Shown here piece by piece: positions 18,476-28,475 of a stretch of DNA of 64,000 nt. Each line of letters opens with the position of its first letter. Position 1 is the stretch's first letter. This stretch comes from Abditibacteriaceae bacterium (GTDB lineage: Bacteria > Armatimonadota > Abditibacteriia > Abditibacteriales > Abditibacteriaceae). The position numbers and the translations under genes are program-made. The notes under the pieces were generated by a model. It saw only the letters and a program-made list of their open reading frames with translations, searched no databases and had not been told where the DNA came from. Where the stretch lies: contig OZ255721.1 of NCBI GenBank assembly GCA_965277285.1, positions 352,001-416,000 of the forward strand. The letters are read 5' to 3'.

Positions 18476-20962
18476 ATGGAAGCTCGCACTTTAAGATTGT
18501 TGGAACTGGATCGAGTACTCGATCAGTTGGCCGAACGCACCGCGTCCACTCTGGGCCGCGCGCGTGTTCGCGCCTTGAAACCGTCGCCCGATGTGACGCA
18601 AGTGCGACACGCGCAAGCCACGACAACAGAAGCGAAACGCTTCATTGAGACGCGCAACCATCCGCCGTTTGGTGGCATCTCCGACATTGGTGCATTGCTC
18701 AAACAAGCGCAAATCGGTTCGATGCTGGAAGCGGGAAGCCTGTTGCAAATCGCGCAGTTTGCCGGTGGCGCGCGACGTTTGCGCGAAGCGATTGTGGCCG
18801 CGCCGCGCGCTGAGTTTCCGATTTTGCACAATCTGGCGACGCACATTGTGCCGCGCTCGGATGTGGAGAAAGCGATTTTTGAAGCGATTGACGAAAGCTC
18901 CAAAGACGTGAAAGATGACGCGAGCCTGGATTTATTGCGCGCGCGCCGCAACATTCGCCAAACGCAAAGCAATATTCAACAGCGCCTACGCTCGATGTTG
19001 AGCGATCCGAACGTGCAGCCGCATTTGCAGGACGCGTTCGTCACGGTGCGCGATGGACGCTATTGTTTGCCGGTGAAAGCCGAATCGCGGCGCAATGTGC
19101 CCGGCATCACGCATGACAGAAGCGGCAGCGGCGGCGCGTTTTTCGTCGAGCCTCAGGCGGTTGTCGAGATGAACAATCGCTTACGCGAATTGCAATCCGA
19201 AGAACGTGATGCTGTGCGCGCGGTTTTGCAATTGTTGACCAGCCGCGTTGCGGGCGCAGTGGACGATTTTTATCCGGCACTTGAAGCGGCGGGCGAGCTG
19301 GATTTCGCTTTTGCCAAAGCCGAGCTTTCGGTTCGTCAGGAAGCTATCGAGCCGCAATTGTTGGGCGAAGACGCGTCTGCGAGTTATACGTTGAAGCAGG
19401 CGCGCCATCCTCTGGTGCAAGATTGCATTCCTAACGATATTCTGCTGGGCGATCAGAACCGCAAATTGAGTACTCGAAACGAGGAAGATGACAGCGGTTT
19501 CGATGTGATGTTGATTACTGGCCCCAACACCGGCGGCAAAACCGTTGTCCTGAAAACGCTGGGACTTCTCACTTTGATGAGCGCGTGCGGCTTGCACATT
19601 CCGTGCGCGCCCAACAGTCGCCTGAAGATTCCGCGCCAGGTTTTTGCCGACATTGGCGACGAACAATCCATCGAGCAAAGTCTTTCGACCTTTTCGGCGC
19701 ACGTCAAAAACATCGTTCATATTCTGAACCGCGCGCAAAATGGCGATCTGGTTTTGCTCGATGAAGCCGGAGCCGGAACCGATCCGGACGAAGGCGCGGC
19801 GTTGGCGAAAGCGGTTTTTCGTCATTTGCAGCGACGCGGCGTGCAAGCGATGGCGACGACGCATTACGGCGAATTGAAGCAGTTCGCGCTGAGTGCGCGG
19901 CGTTTTTGTAACGCCAGCGTCGAGTTCGATGTGAAGACTTTGAAGCCAACATATCGTTTGCGCATCGGCGTTCCGGGCGCCAGCAACGCGCTCGACATCG
20001 CGGCGCGCTTGGGAATGCCAAACGACTTGGTTCAGCGTGCGCGGCGTTATCTGGGACGCGACCGCCAGGAAGCCGAAGCCGCCACGCAAAAACTCGAAGA
20101 AACGCAGCGCGAACTGACCGAACGTTCGGAAGAAGCGCAGCGCGAACGCGGCGAAGTCGAGCGCGTGCGAATCGAGTACTCGTTGCAGTTGGAAAAGTTG
20201 CAAAATCAAATCGAGGAAGAACGCGCGGCTTCACGTCGTGAAGCGGAAACGATTATCCGCAACGCACAAGAGGAAGCCGACGCGATTTTGCGCGATTTGC
20301 GCAGCGCGGCGCGCGAATCGAAGCAAACCGAAGACGCGCGCCAAAAATTGCGCGACTTGAAAGAAAAAGTTGGAGGTTCTGCATCTCGCAAAAACGGCGC
20401 GTCGAAGACAGCGATTCCGCGACCGAATGTTTTGAGCGCGCGCGCCGACAAAACCAGTTTGTTCGAGGAAGATGAAACGCCGATTGTTCCCGATGCGCAG
20501 CCGGAAAACGGCGATTTCCCCAAAGTCGGCGATGGCGTTTTAGTGAAATCGTTCAACAAAGAAGGCGTTTTGCTTTCGTCGCCGGACAACAAAAATCGCG
20601 TTGAAGTGCGCGTTGGTGCTGTCAAAGTTCAAGTCGATGCCAAAGATGTCGCGGGTTTGAAATCGAGTACTCGAAACGTCGGCGGCGTCTCCAAAATCCA
20701 GATTCGCAAAGGCGTGACGGTCGCGGACGAAATCAATCTGATCGGTAAGAATACCGAAGAAGCGCTGGACGAGCTCGAAAAATACATCGACGATGCGCTG
20801 CTTGCCGAATCCGCGCAAATCCGCATCGTTCATGGCAAAGGTACCGGCACTTTGCGCAAAGCCGTTCATAATTATCTCGGGCGACACTCAGCTGTTTCCG
20901 AGTTCAACCTCGCGCCCTCCAACGAAGGCGGCGAAGGCGCGACCATCGCGGTTTTGGATTGA
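18476..20962 (+). CDS. mutS2: Endonuclease MutS2
   Basis: ITGPNTGGKT, FADIGDEQSIEQSLSTFS, DEAGAGTDPDEG, TTHY, Smr domain IVHGKGTGTLR. Confidence 0.95.
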   Translation: MEARTLRLLELDRVLDQLAERTASTLGRARVRALKPSPDVTQVRHAQATTTEAKRFIETRNHPPFGGISDIGALLKQAQIGSMLEAGSLLQIAQFAGGARRLREAIVAAPRAEFPILHNLATHIVPRSDVEKAIFEAIDESSKDVKDDASLDLLRARRNIRQTQSNIQQRLRSMLSDPNVQPHLQDAFVTVRDGRYCLPVKAESRRNVPGITHDRSGSGGAFFVEPQAVVEMNNRLRELQSEERDAVRAVLQLLTSRVAGAVDDFYPALEAAGELDFAFAKAELSVRQEAIEPQLLGEDASASYTLKQARHPLVQDCIPNDILLGDQNRKLSTRNEEDDSGFDVMLITGPNTGGKTVVLKTLGLLTLMSACGLHIPCAPNSRLKIPRQVFADIGDEQSIEQSLSTFSAHVKNIVHILNRAQNGDLVLLDEAGAGTDPDEGAALAKAVFRHLQRRGVQAMATTHYGELKQFALSARRFCNASVEFDVKTLKPTYRLRIGVPGASNALDIAARLGMPNDLVQRARRYLGRDRQEAEAATQKLEETQRELTERSEEAQRERGEVERVRIEYSLQLEKLQNQIEEERAASRREAETIIRNAQEEADAILRDLRSAARESKQTEDARQKLRDLKEKVGGSASRKNGASKTAIPRPNVLSARADKTSLFEEDETPIVPDAQPENGDFPKVGDGVLVKSFNKEGVLLSSPDNKNRVEVRVGAVKVQVDAKDVAGLKSSTRNVGGVSKIQIRKGVTVADEINLIGKNTEEALDELEKYIDDALLAESAQIRIVHGKGTGTLRKAVHNYLGRHSAVSEFNLAPSNEGGEGATIAVLD

Positions 20963-20975
20963 GGTTCGTGGTTTT

Positions 20976-21959
20976 TCACTCCTCACGAGATACAGACGTC
21001 GGGTTTACTCCCCACTCTCCGTTGGAATCCAGCTTATAGGGTGCCGATTCACGGACGACTCGTGCAGTCACTGTTGCGGTGTGCATTTGAAATCCCATCA
21101 CACCTGCTTCGCTACCAACTGAATAACGTATTTGAGCTGTGACATCTTTTGCGTTCTGTCCATCGGGCGTCATATCGCTAACATCGTTCGTTTTAATTAT
21201 TTTTGCTTCGAGCAAATCTTTTATGTCAAAAATGTCCTTGATGCCATCCGCAGCATTATTTACGCTGCTCTTCCAAGTTTTTTGGCTCACATCCGCCATG
21301 CTGTTCCAGTCTTTTTTCTTCCAAGCTACTAAAAACTCTGCGAAAGCGCGCTCTGCGGTACCGCTCTCGTAGTCCGACGGTTTGACCATCACGTAATGGG
21401 TTGAAGTTAGCTTAAGCCGATGGTGGGAAAGCCTGCTATCGTTTAGCATTCTGAAGCCGGAAGTTTTTTCGACTTGTGGACCACTCAATTTTTCGCCATC
21501 AATTCCCACTTGAGCAAGAACCTCCGGCGATTGGCTACGTGGCGTGAACAAAGCTGACACTTTGTAATGCCCAGAACTGTAAACAGAACGATCTGGAATC
21601 ATTAATTCCGACGTGAACTTTGAATTAAGAACTTGAACTTTGTCATCAACTCCAAGATATGTATCCGTATCGGAGCGGCCTGCAACTTCAAAAGACACGT
21701 CGATCTCGGCGCCGTCCGGCAAATCCGTAAGACCTTGAACAGTGACTTTTCGACCATTGTAAATAGGCTTTAGCAAATGTAATTTTGAAAAGAATTTGGG
21801 TTGAGGAACAGGTGCAGTTTTAGATGTTGGAGAACTTGTTTGAGTTGTGACAGCGGTAGGTTGCTCTTGCGGCTCTTTAGTGCCGCTGCTGCAACTGGAC
21901 ATCAGTGCCGAACAGCAGCACAAGCTGAATCCGCCAATCAAAAAGAGGTGTTTTTTCAT
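20976..21959 (-). CDS. Hypothetical lipoprotein in a lower-GC segment
   Basis: MKKHLFLIGG...LMSSC lipobox-like signal; AT-richer than neighbouring genes. Confidence 0.7.
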   Translation of the reverse strand: MKKHLFLIGGFSLCCCSALMSSCSSGTKEPQEQPTAVTTQTSSPTSKTAPVPQPKFFSKLHLLKPIYNGRKVTVQGLTDLPDGAEIDVSFEVAGRSDTDTYLGVDDKVQVLNSKFTSELMIPDRSVYSSGHYKVSALFTPRSQSPEVLAQVGIDGEKLSGPQVEKTSGFRMLNDSRLSHHRLKLTSTHYVMVKPSDYESGTAERAFAEFLVAWKKKDWNSMADVSQKTWKSSVNNAADGIKDIFDIKDLLEAKIIKTNDVSDMTPDGQNAKDVTAQIRYSVGSEAGVMGFQMHTATVTARVVRESAPYKLDSNGEWGVNPTSVSREE

Positions 21960-22085
21960 GTCGCTGTACTTTACAACATCCTCAAACAGCGCGGAACTAC
22001 AATGCAAATTCCTGTTTCTGCTGTTGGATGGTTTTGCTCCAATTTACGTGCATCGAGTACTCGATTCCCATTTACTCCCACAAAA

Positions 22086-23498
22086 TCAGCTCAGGATGCG
22101 CAGGAGGAACGACGCCAGCGTGAGGAAAATGCTGATGCCGACGACGTCCTGGAAAGCGGTTTCAAAAGGCCCAGCGGTCAAAGCGGGATCGAAACCGGCG
22201 CGCTTGGAGATGAGCGGCACGACCGTTCCGACGACGCCCGCGATATTGACCGAAGCGAACATTCCCAAGAAAACGACCAGGCCGAAAACCCAGTGACGAT
22301 CCCAAACGGCGCCGATGGTGCCCAGCACAAACGCGCACGCGCCGCCCAAAATCAGCGTTGTCGTCAATTGTCGTATCACGGCGTGGCGCCAATTCGCCAG
22401 TTGAACGTGTCCCGTCGAAAGCCCGCGAATAATAATCGCGGCGGATTGCAAGCCCGTATTGCCGCTGATCGCCGAAATAATCGGCATGAACGAGGCGAGC
22501 AGAATAAATTTGGTCAAAGTCGCGTCGAAAGCGTGAATCACGACGCCCGCCAACAACTCGATAAACATCGTCGCCATAATCCATGGCATCCGCAGCATGG
22601 CGATGTTGACCGGACTTTTGTTCTCCAACTCCTGCGCATCCGAACCCGACATATGCGCGATGTCTTCGGCGCTTTCTTCCCGAATCACATCGATAATATC
22701 GTCGGACGTAATGACGCCCAAAAGTTTGCCACTTTCGTCATCGCTGACTACAGGAAGCGCCGTCAAATCGTAGCGCGCGAACACATTGGCCACTTGTTCC
22801 TGATCGCAATTGGGATGAACCCAGATCGTGTCGCGGCTCATCAAATCGGCGACTTTGGCGCTGGCGTCGGCGCGCAGCAACTGCAATAAATCAATTGAGC
22901 CTTTCAAACCGCCCGCTTCATCGACCACAAAAACGTAGAAAATATGTTCGGCGTCGGGCTTGTCGCGCAAGGCTTGGATGGCGTCGTTCGGCGTCGCGTT
23001 TTCGAGTACTGAAACGAAACCCAGCGACATAATGCCGCCCGCCGTTTGAGGCGAATGCGCCAGCAGCGAACGAATATCGCGCGCTTTGGCGTCGTGCGCG
23101 AGCGACAAAACGCGTTGCGCCGCGTCCTTGGACAAGCCGCCGATCACGTCTGCGCCTTCATCGGGCGGCAATTCCAACAAAATCGCGGCGAGCGTTTCGT
23201 CACTCGCTGAAGACACTAAATTCGCTTCGGTTTTCGCGTCGACTTCGTCTAAAACTTCCGCCGCTTCGCCGGTATCGAGCAAGCTGAAGACCTGGCGTTC
23301 CTGCGCCTCATCCAAATACAGCATGGCGTCCGCGAGGTCGGCGGGATGCAACTTGGTGAGGAAGTCGCGCAGTTGCGTCGTGCGGTCGGGAGCCAGCAAA
23401 TTTTTGATTTCCTGCGCGACTTGCATGGCGTCGGCGCGCACGGTGAGAAGCCTGCGGCGTCCGGCAAATCGAGTACTCGAATGTGACGACTGGGACAT
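22086..23498 (-). CDS. mgtE: Magnesium transporter MgtE
   Basis: LHPADLAD, TAGGIMS CBS pair, GNTGLQSA, DPALTAGPF.T..QD. Confidence 0.93.
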   Translation of the reverse strand: MSQSSHSSTRFAGRRRLLTVRADAMQVAQEIKNLLAPDRTTQLRDFLTKLHPADLADAMLYLDEAQERQVFSLLDTGEAAEVLDEVDAKTEANLVSSASDETLAAILLELPPDEGADVIGGLSKDAAQRVLSLAHDAKARDIRSLLAHSPQTAGGIMSLGFVSVLENATPNDAIQALRDKPDAEHIFYVFVVDEAGGLKGSIDLLQLLRADASAKVADLMSRDTIWVHPNCDQEQVANVFARYDLTALPVVSDDESGKLLGVITSDDIIDVIREESAEDIAHMSGSDAQELENKSPVNIAMLRMPWIMATMFIELLAGVVIHAFDATLTKFILLASFMPIISAISGNTGLQSAAIIIRGLSTGHVQLANWRHAVIRQLTTTLILGGACAFVLGTIGAVWDRHWVFGLVVFLGMFASVNIAGVVGTVVPLISKRAGFDPALTAGPFETAFQDVVGISIFLTLASFLLRILS

Positions 23499-23537
23499 AA
23501 TAGCTCGCTCTTTTAGGTTTTTGCTTTAGGTTTTGCG

Positions 23538-24059
23538 TCACGATGCGGCAGTCTGGCTTGAATGGTTGCGGCGCTTGGCGATTAAGCCGTTGACCAGATA
23601 AACCACAACGGCGATGTTGATGAGCAGCAGAACAATCGTGCCGATTTTCGGATGATGAGCGATTTCCAAGAGTTCCAGAGGAAGAAAAGACGCCGAAATC
23701 CCGACCGTAAAATACTCCGCCCAGAACGCCTGCGTCCACAAACCCAGGCCTTCGGTGAAAGTCACCAGCGCGTAGAGAAACGCCGCCAGGCCGAGCAAAA
23801 TGAAATGATGCGCATCGGTCGAACCCAGTTTCTGCAATACCGCGCGCAGCAGGCGACGCACCAGCAAAGTATCGGAATCGAATTGCCAGTTCGCCAGCCA
23901 TTGGATGACGCGCTCATTGGCCGCTTGGCTGTGCAACATCAGCAAACCGATGCCAACGCCCGCTAACAACGCGCCTTGCACCATCTTCAACGCGACGATC
24001 AAGCGCAAACCCGTTGAAAGTGGCGCTTTTTTGTTTTGTGATTTCGATGTTTTCGTCAT
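23538..24059 (-). CDS. DUF2127 family membrane protein
   Basis: GLRLIVALK, EGLGLW...WAEYF, FLPLELLE, INIAVVVYL. Confidence 0.8.
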   Translation of the reverse strand: MTKTSKSQNKKAPLSTGLRLIVALKMVQGALLAGVGIGLLMLHSQAANERVIQWLANWQFDSDTLLVRRLLRAVLQKLGSTDAHHFILLGLAAFLYALVTFTEGLGLWTQAFWAEYFTVGISASFLPLELLEIAHHPKIGTIVLLLINIAVVVYLVNGLIAKRRNHSSQTAAS

Positions 24060-24146
24060 AAATTTCTATGGTTGAAACGTGTTTCAAAATAGCAGTTTGT
24101 CATTCTTGAAATCAATTTGGAAAGTTCGTGATGCGTGCAAAAGTGG

Positions 24147-24221
24147 CAGTTTGTCATTCTGAGCGCAGCGAAGAATCTAAACCTAAGTTAGATTCTTCGC
24201 TGCGCTCAGAATGACAAACTG
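24147..24221. repeat. Hairpin repeat family B
   Basis: GTTTGTCATTCTGAGCGCAGCGAAGAATCT...AGATTCTTCGCTGCGCTCAGAATGACAAAC. Confidence 0.92.
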
Positions 24222-24254
24222 GAAGATTACGGACATCTGGAATAGCCTGATGGC

Positions 24255-25226
24255 TTACAATTCAAACCGCTTTTTCGCTCGACGAATTCGCGCCAGGCTT
24301 GCTTTGATTTGTTCAATATCGAGTACTCGATCCTCAATCGCTTGAAGAATTGCTTCGCGCGCTGCAAAGGCTTTTGCGATGTCGTGGCAAAACAATAATT
24401 GGTCGCAACCGGCTTGCAAAGCGCGAACCGCGATTTCGCCCGCGTCGTTTTGCGGCAAGGCTTTCATGTCCAAATCGTCGGTAAAAATGAGGCCGTCGAA
24501 CTTTAATTCTTTGCGCAAAATATCCGTCACAATTGTGCGTGACAAAGACGCGGGCGTGCCGCTTTCGTCCACGTTTGGCAGCGCGATGTGGCCGATCATC
24601 ACGCCGCCGAGACCAGCGCCAATCGTCGCACGAAACGGCAGTAATTGTTCATTTAATTGCTTTCGAGTACTCGAATCGGTGGGAAGCGCGAAATGCGAAT
24701 CAACGCCGACATTTCCATGACCTGGAAAATGTTTCGCCACGCACAAAACTGTCGGCTGCGCGCCGCGCACATATTCCGCCGCCAAACTGGAAACCGTGAT
24801 CGCATCGGTTCCAAATGCACGATTCCCGATTACGGTGTCTTCGGCGTGGACGGGAACATCGCAAACCGGCGCAAAATTGACCGTGATTCCGACCGCGCGC
24901 AATTCCGCTGCAACGTTTGCTGCCATCAAACGAACGGCGTTCGCGCCTTGAGATGCCAGTTCGCGCAGCGGCGGAATGCGCGTGAAACCATCGGTCAAAC
25001 GTTGCACGCGCCCGCCTTCTTGGTCAATCGAAATCAGCGGCAAAGGCGCGCCATTTTGTGTCACAGCGTCATTGATTTGTCGCGTTAAACTTCGTCCTTC
25101 TGGCGGCGTTCCCGCATTACGACCAAATAAAACAACGCCGCCGGACGCCAGTTCGCGCAAGTGCGACAAATCGTTGTTGTCGGGCACGCCAACGACGAGA
25201 AGTTGCGAAATTTCCTGAAGGGTCAT
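24255..25226 (-). CDS. nagZ: GH3 beta-N-acetylhexosaminidase (NagZ-like)
   Basis: IDQEGGRVQR, KHFPGHGNVGVDSH, FTDDLDMKA. Confidence 0.88.
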   Translation of the reverse strand: MTLQEISQLLVVGVPDNNDLSHLRELASGGVVLFGRNAGTPPEGRSLTRQINDAVTQNGAPLPLISIDQEGGRVQRLTDGFTRIPPLRELASQGANAVRLMAANVAAELRAVGITVNFAPVCDVPVHAEDTVIGNRAFGTDAITVSSLAAEYVRGAQPTVLCVAKHFPGHGNVGVDSHFALPTDSSTRKQLNEQLLPFRATIGAGLGGVMIGHIALPNVDESGTPASLSRTIVTDILRKELKFDGLIFTDDLDMKALPQNDAGEIAVRALQAGCDQLLFCHDIAKAFAAREAILQAIEDRVLDIEQIKASLARIRRAKKRFEL

Positions 25227-25317
25227 AAAGAGTAACACGCGAAGAAGCGCGAAAGAAAAAAGTGCGTGGAAGGATGAAATTCGGGGCGAGGAAAGGTTCG
25301 AGTGCTTGAACCTTTGC

Positions 25318-25346
25318 GTACGGGCGATTCGCCGAATCGCCCGTAC
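25318..25346. repeat. GTAC-type REP-like hairpin
   Basis: GTACGGGCGATTCG-C-CGAATCGCCCGTAC. Confidence 0.75.
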
Positions 25347-25393
25347 AACTCATCCTTGTTGTTTTCAATTTCTCGTGTGTTCCATGGGCAAAA

Positions 25394-26449
25394 CTATGTC
25401 AAATACTTCAATACCGCCTCGCCCATTTCATCCGTCGAGCACGATTTTTCACCGGCGCAAATATCTTTGGTACGCAAGCCTTCATCCAGCGCGCTTTGCA
25501 CTGCCGCTTCCACTTTGTCGGCGAGTTGTGGCGCGTCCAAACAATGGCGCAGCATAAGGGCGCACGACAAAATCGTCGCCAGAGGATTGACAACGCCTTG
25601 ACCGGCAATATCGGGCGCGCTGCCGTGAACCGGCTCGACCATCGAAACGCCGCCCGGATTGAGGTTCGCGCTGGGACTCATGCCCAAACTGCCGACTATC
25701 GCCGCCGCCTCGTCCGCGATGATGTCGCCGAACATATTGTCGGTCACGATGACGTCCCATTTTTTGGGCGAAGGGTCTTGCAAAACGAGCAAGCAAAACG
25801 AATCGACCAACTGACTGGAACATTGAATATCGGGATGATTGGCGCTCATCGTCTCGAACTTGCGACGCCAAAACAAAGACGCGGAAAGCACATTCGCTTT
25901 ATCAACGGAGATCAAACGCTTGCTTCGAGTACTCGAAAGCGCGAAAGCGAACTCGAGAATGCGACGCACGCCGCGTTCGGTGAACAGGTTGATGTCGGTC
26001 GCGTTGCTGTCGGTCAGGCCGCCCATGCGCGAATATAAGCCTTCGGAGTTTTCGCGCACAATGACGAAATCGACGCCGTGTTTGAGCAGGTTGTCTTTGA
26101 GCGGCGAGGCGGCTTCGATGCCGCGATACAGCTTGACGGGACGCAAGTTGATATATTGTCCCAACGCCTGGCGCAAGGCCAAAATGCCATCGCGTTCGAC
26201 GATGCCGGCTTCGATGTCGGGGCGACCCATCGGGCCTTTGAGAATCGCGTCGCAACCGCGTAAGGTGTGCAACGATTCTTCGGGCAGAACTTTGCCGGTT
26301 TCGATGTAGGACGTGCCGCCAACCGGCGCTTTGATGAACTCCAAATCCAGATCGCCCAAACGAGACGCCGCTTCCAAGACGGAAACGCCCCAAGAAACAA
26401 CTTCCGGCCCCACGCCGTCGCCTTCGATTACGCCAATTCGCTTCGCCAT
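25394..26449 (-). CDS. leuB: 3-isopropylmalate dehydrogenase
   Basis: GDGVGPEV, NLRPV, VRENSEGLY, VDKANVL, NMFGDII, GSLGMSPSA, EPVHGSAPDIAG. Confidence 0.88.
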   Translation of the reverse strand: MAKRIGVIEGDGVGPEVVSWGVSVLEAASRLGDLDLEFIKAPVGGTSYIETGKVLPEESLHTLRGCDAILKGPMGRPDIEAGIVERDGILALRQALGQYINLRPVKLYRGIEAASPLKDNLLKHGVDFVIVRENSEGLYSRMGGLTDSNATDINLFTERGVRRILEFAFALSSTRSKRLISVDKANVLSASLFWRRKFETMSANHPDIQCSSQLVDSFCLLVLQDPSPKKWDVIVTDNMFGDIIADEAAAIVGSLGMSPSANLNPGGVSMVEPVHGSAPDIAGQGVVNPLATILSCALMLRHCLDAPQLADKVEAAVQSALDEGLRTKDICAGEKSCSTDEMGEAVLKYLT

Positions 26450-26496
26450 TTTCAAAACCTTTTTCGTTGATTTATTCGCTGACTTGGTTTAACAAA

Positions 26497-26607
26497 AATA
26501 AACCGCCAGGACACAAAGAACGCCAAGGAGCTTCAAAGAAAGGGTTTGTTCATTATCGAGTACTCGAATCTCTTTTCTTGGCGGCCTTGGCGTCTTGGCG
26601 GTTTATT
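26497..26607. repeat. Hairpin element with CGCCAAG units and AATAAACC ends; 12-mer in the loop
   Basis: AATAAACCGCCAGG..AACGCCAAG...CTTGGCGGCCTTGGCGTCTTGGCGGTTTATT. Confidence 0.8.
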
Positions 26608-27791
26608 CAATATCCATCCGGTGTCGGGCTGGAAGTTGCGCTCGCCTCGTTTTGAGTTTCTGCTTCGATTTGCAGCGATTGAATGGCGCTGTCGAAACGC
26701 GGGCGCCAGCTTTCAAATTTGTCGACCGGCGCGGTGGCGAGAACGGCGAAACCGCGATTTCCTTCGTGAACGGCGACATCCATTTTATGAACGCGACCAG
26801 TTTTTGTATCCAGGTCGAACTCCCAGACTGCGGCGGGTCGACCGTTGATTACCGTGTCGCGGATGCCGCGATTCTGGTAGCGCGCGCCGTATTTTCTTTG
26901 CAGCGCGCGGTCGAGTTTTTCCCAACCTTCGCGCGGCGATGCGCCACCTGCGCCACCGCTTTCGATTAACAACTTTGTCTCGTCTGGCCCGTGCCAGGCG
27001 GTGCGACGACCGCGTTGTATCACACGAAAATTATCCGGCGGCTGTATCGAATAACGATGACGCCGCGAATGATAAACGCCGTTGACGATATTTGTATCGG
27101 GTGTCGCATTGGGACTGGGAGAAGTATTGGGCGTCGGCGTAGCGGCTGGCGCAATGGTGTCAGGTGACGTGCTGTCAGGCGATGAATCGTCAGGCGTTGC
27201 ATCACTGGTTGATGAAGTGTCCGGCGTTGCCTCGTCCGTTGATGTGTTGTCGGGCGCGGACGTATCTGGCGTCGCCTGTACTTGTGGAGGTTGCGGCGTT
27301 GGTGGTGTTTCCGGCGTCGGCAAATCGTTGGCGGGATCGGGCGTGGACGAAGGTGGAACCATCACGACGCGCGGCGCGGACGGCGTCGGGTGGGGCAGCG
27401 ACAAGTTGGGATCGGTGTTTTGCTTGACGTTGTGCGGAATCAAATGCCCGACGGCTGTCGAAAGAAGGATGACGACGAGAGCGCCGCCCGTCATCGCCAA
27501 GCCAACGACGACGCTCATCGGCAAGCGTCGCCAGTCGAGCGTCGTAGTCGCTTTTGTCGGTGTGTCATTGATTGTCACCTGACGTGGCAACGCGGGCGCG
27601 CCTGAAACCGTCGATGGGCCGGATGGAAGCGACGTTTGAGTACTCGATGTCGCACTTGATGGTGTAACAGGCGGCGTTTGCGATGTCAAAGGTTGCGTAT
27701 GGCGCGGCGCGTTCGGGTCGTTCAGCAAATCGTCGTCGAACGGCGTGCGATTGGGAACTGAATTCGGGTTTTGCGGGGGTGGAAGAGACAT
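26607..27791 (-). CDS. Hypothetical single-TM protein with Pro/Thr/Asp-rich linker and C-terminal globular domain
   Basis: TM segment VVVGLAMTGGALVVILL; low-complexity TPD repeats; GAGG RBS. Confidence 0.7.
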   Translation of the reverse strand: MSLPPPQNPNSVPNRTPFDDDLLNDPNAPRHTQPLTSQTPPVTPSSATSSTQTSLPSGPSTVSGAPALPRQVTINDTPTKATTTLDWRRLPMSVVVGLAMTGGALVVILLSTAVGHLIPHNVKQNTDPNLSLPHPTPSAPRVVMVPPSSTPDPANDLPTPETPPTPQPPQVQATPDTSAPDNTSTDEATPDTSSTSDATPDDSSPDSTSPDTIAPAATPTPNTSPSPNATPDTNIVNGVYHSRRHRYSIQPPDNFRVIQRGRRTAWHGPDETKLLIESGGAGGASPREGWEKLDRALQRKYGARYQNRGIRDTVINGRPAAVWEFDLDTKTGRVHKMDVAVHEGNRGFAVLATAPVDKFESWRPRFDSAIQSLQIEAETQNEASATSSPTPDGY

Positions 27792-27983
27792 AAGAACCTC
27801 AGCATGGGCAGCCAGCGACTTCGGCGCGCAAGACGTTTTAGTGTAACGAAAACAAAGCCTTCTGCGGTGCAGTCGGCGGCAGGGCAGAGGTGGCACGCAA
27901 GTTGCGAAGCGGGTTGTTCACCGATTTGCCGCAAAAGATAAACAAAAAATGTGGCAGATCACCATTCAAGGAGAGTGGGGAAA

Positions 27984-28250
27984 ATGATTAGCTTGATAGT
28001 TACAATCTTGGCTGGTGCGGTTATTGGGTGGCTTGCGTCGATGATTATGAAGAGTAGGTCGGGTTTCATTGTCGACGTTATTTGTGGTATCGTCGGCGCG
28101 TTCGTCGGAAGCTTTATTGCTCCTTTGTTGGGTTTTCGTCCGCATGGTGCGGACTTCAGCGTGGCCGGCCTGATTTTCGGTGTCATCGGCGCCTGTATCG
28201 TGATCGCAATTTACAAAGCGGTGACTGGCGCTGGCAACCGTGTTGCCTAA
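27984..28250 (+). CDS. GlsB/YeaQ/YmgE family stress-response membrane protein
   Basis: GAVIGWLAS.IM, GIVGAFVG, VIGACIVIAIY. Confidence 0.9.
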   Translation: MISLIVTILAGAVIGWLASMIMKSRSGFIVDVICGIVGAFVGSFIAPLLGFRPHGADFSVAGLIFGVIGACIVIAIYKAVTGAGNRVA

Positions 28251-28263
28251 ACCTTCAATGACA

Positions 28264-28299
28264 AAAAAGCCTTCCTCAGATTATCGAGGAAGGCTTTTT
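28264..28299 (+). terminator. Intrinsic (likely bidirectional) terminator
   Basis: AAAAAAGCCTTCCTC...GAGGAAGGCTTTTT. Confidence 0.8.
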
Positions 28300-28379
28300 A
28301 TTTTGCGTATTCGAGTACTCGAATCTTCGCGGACGCCATGACTGCGTTCAGAATGACGAGAAGTTCTAAGTGTTCGGTA

Positions 28380-28449
28380 CGAACCCGCAGCGTGAGAGAC
28401 GGGTCTTCGCAGTAATAACAGAAGACCCGTCGCTCACGCTGCGGGTTCG
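28380..28449. repeat. Hairpin repeat family A
   Basis: GAACCCGCAGCGTGAGAGACGGG...CCCGTCGCTCACGCTGCGGGTTC. Confidence 0.88.
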
Positions 28450-28475
28450 TTAATGCAGATCACTTCATAGTGTTA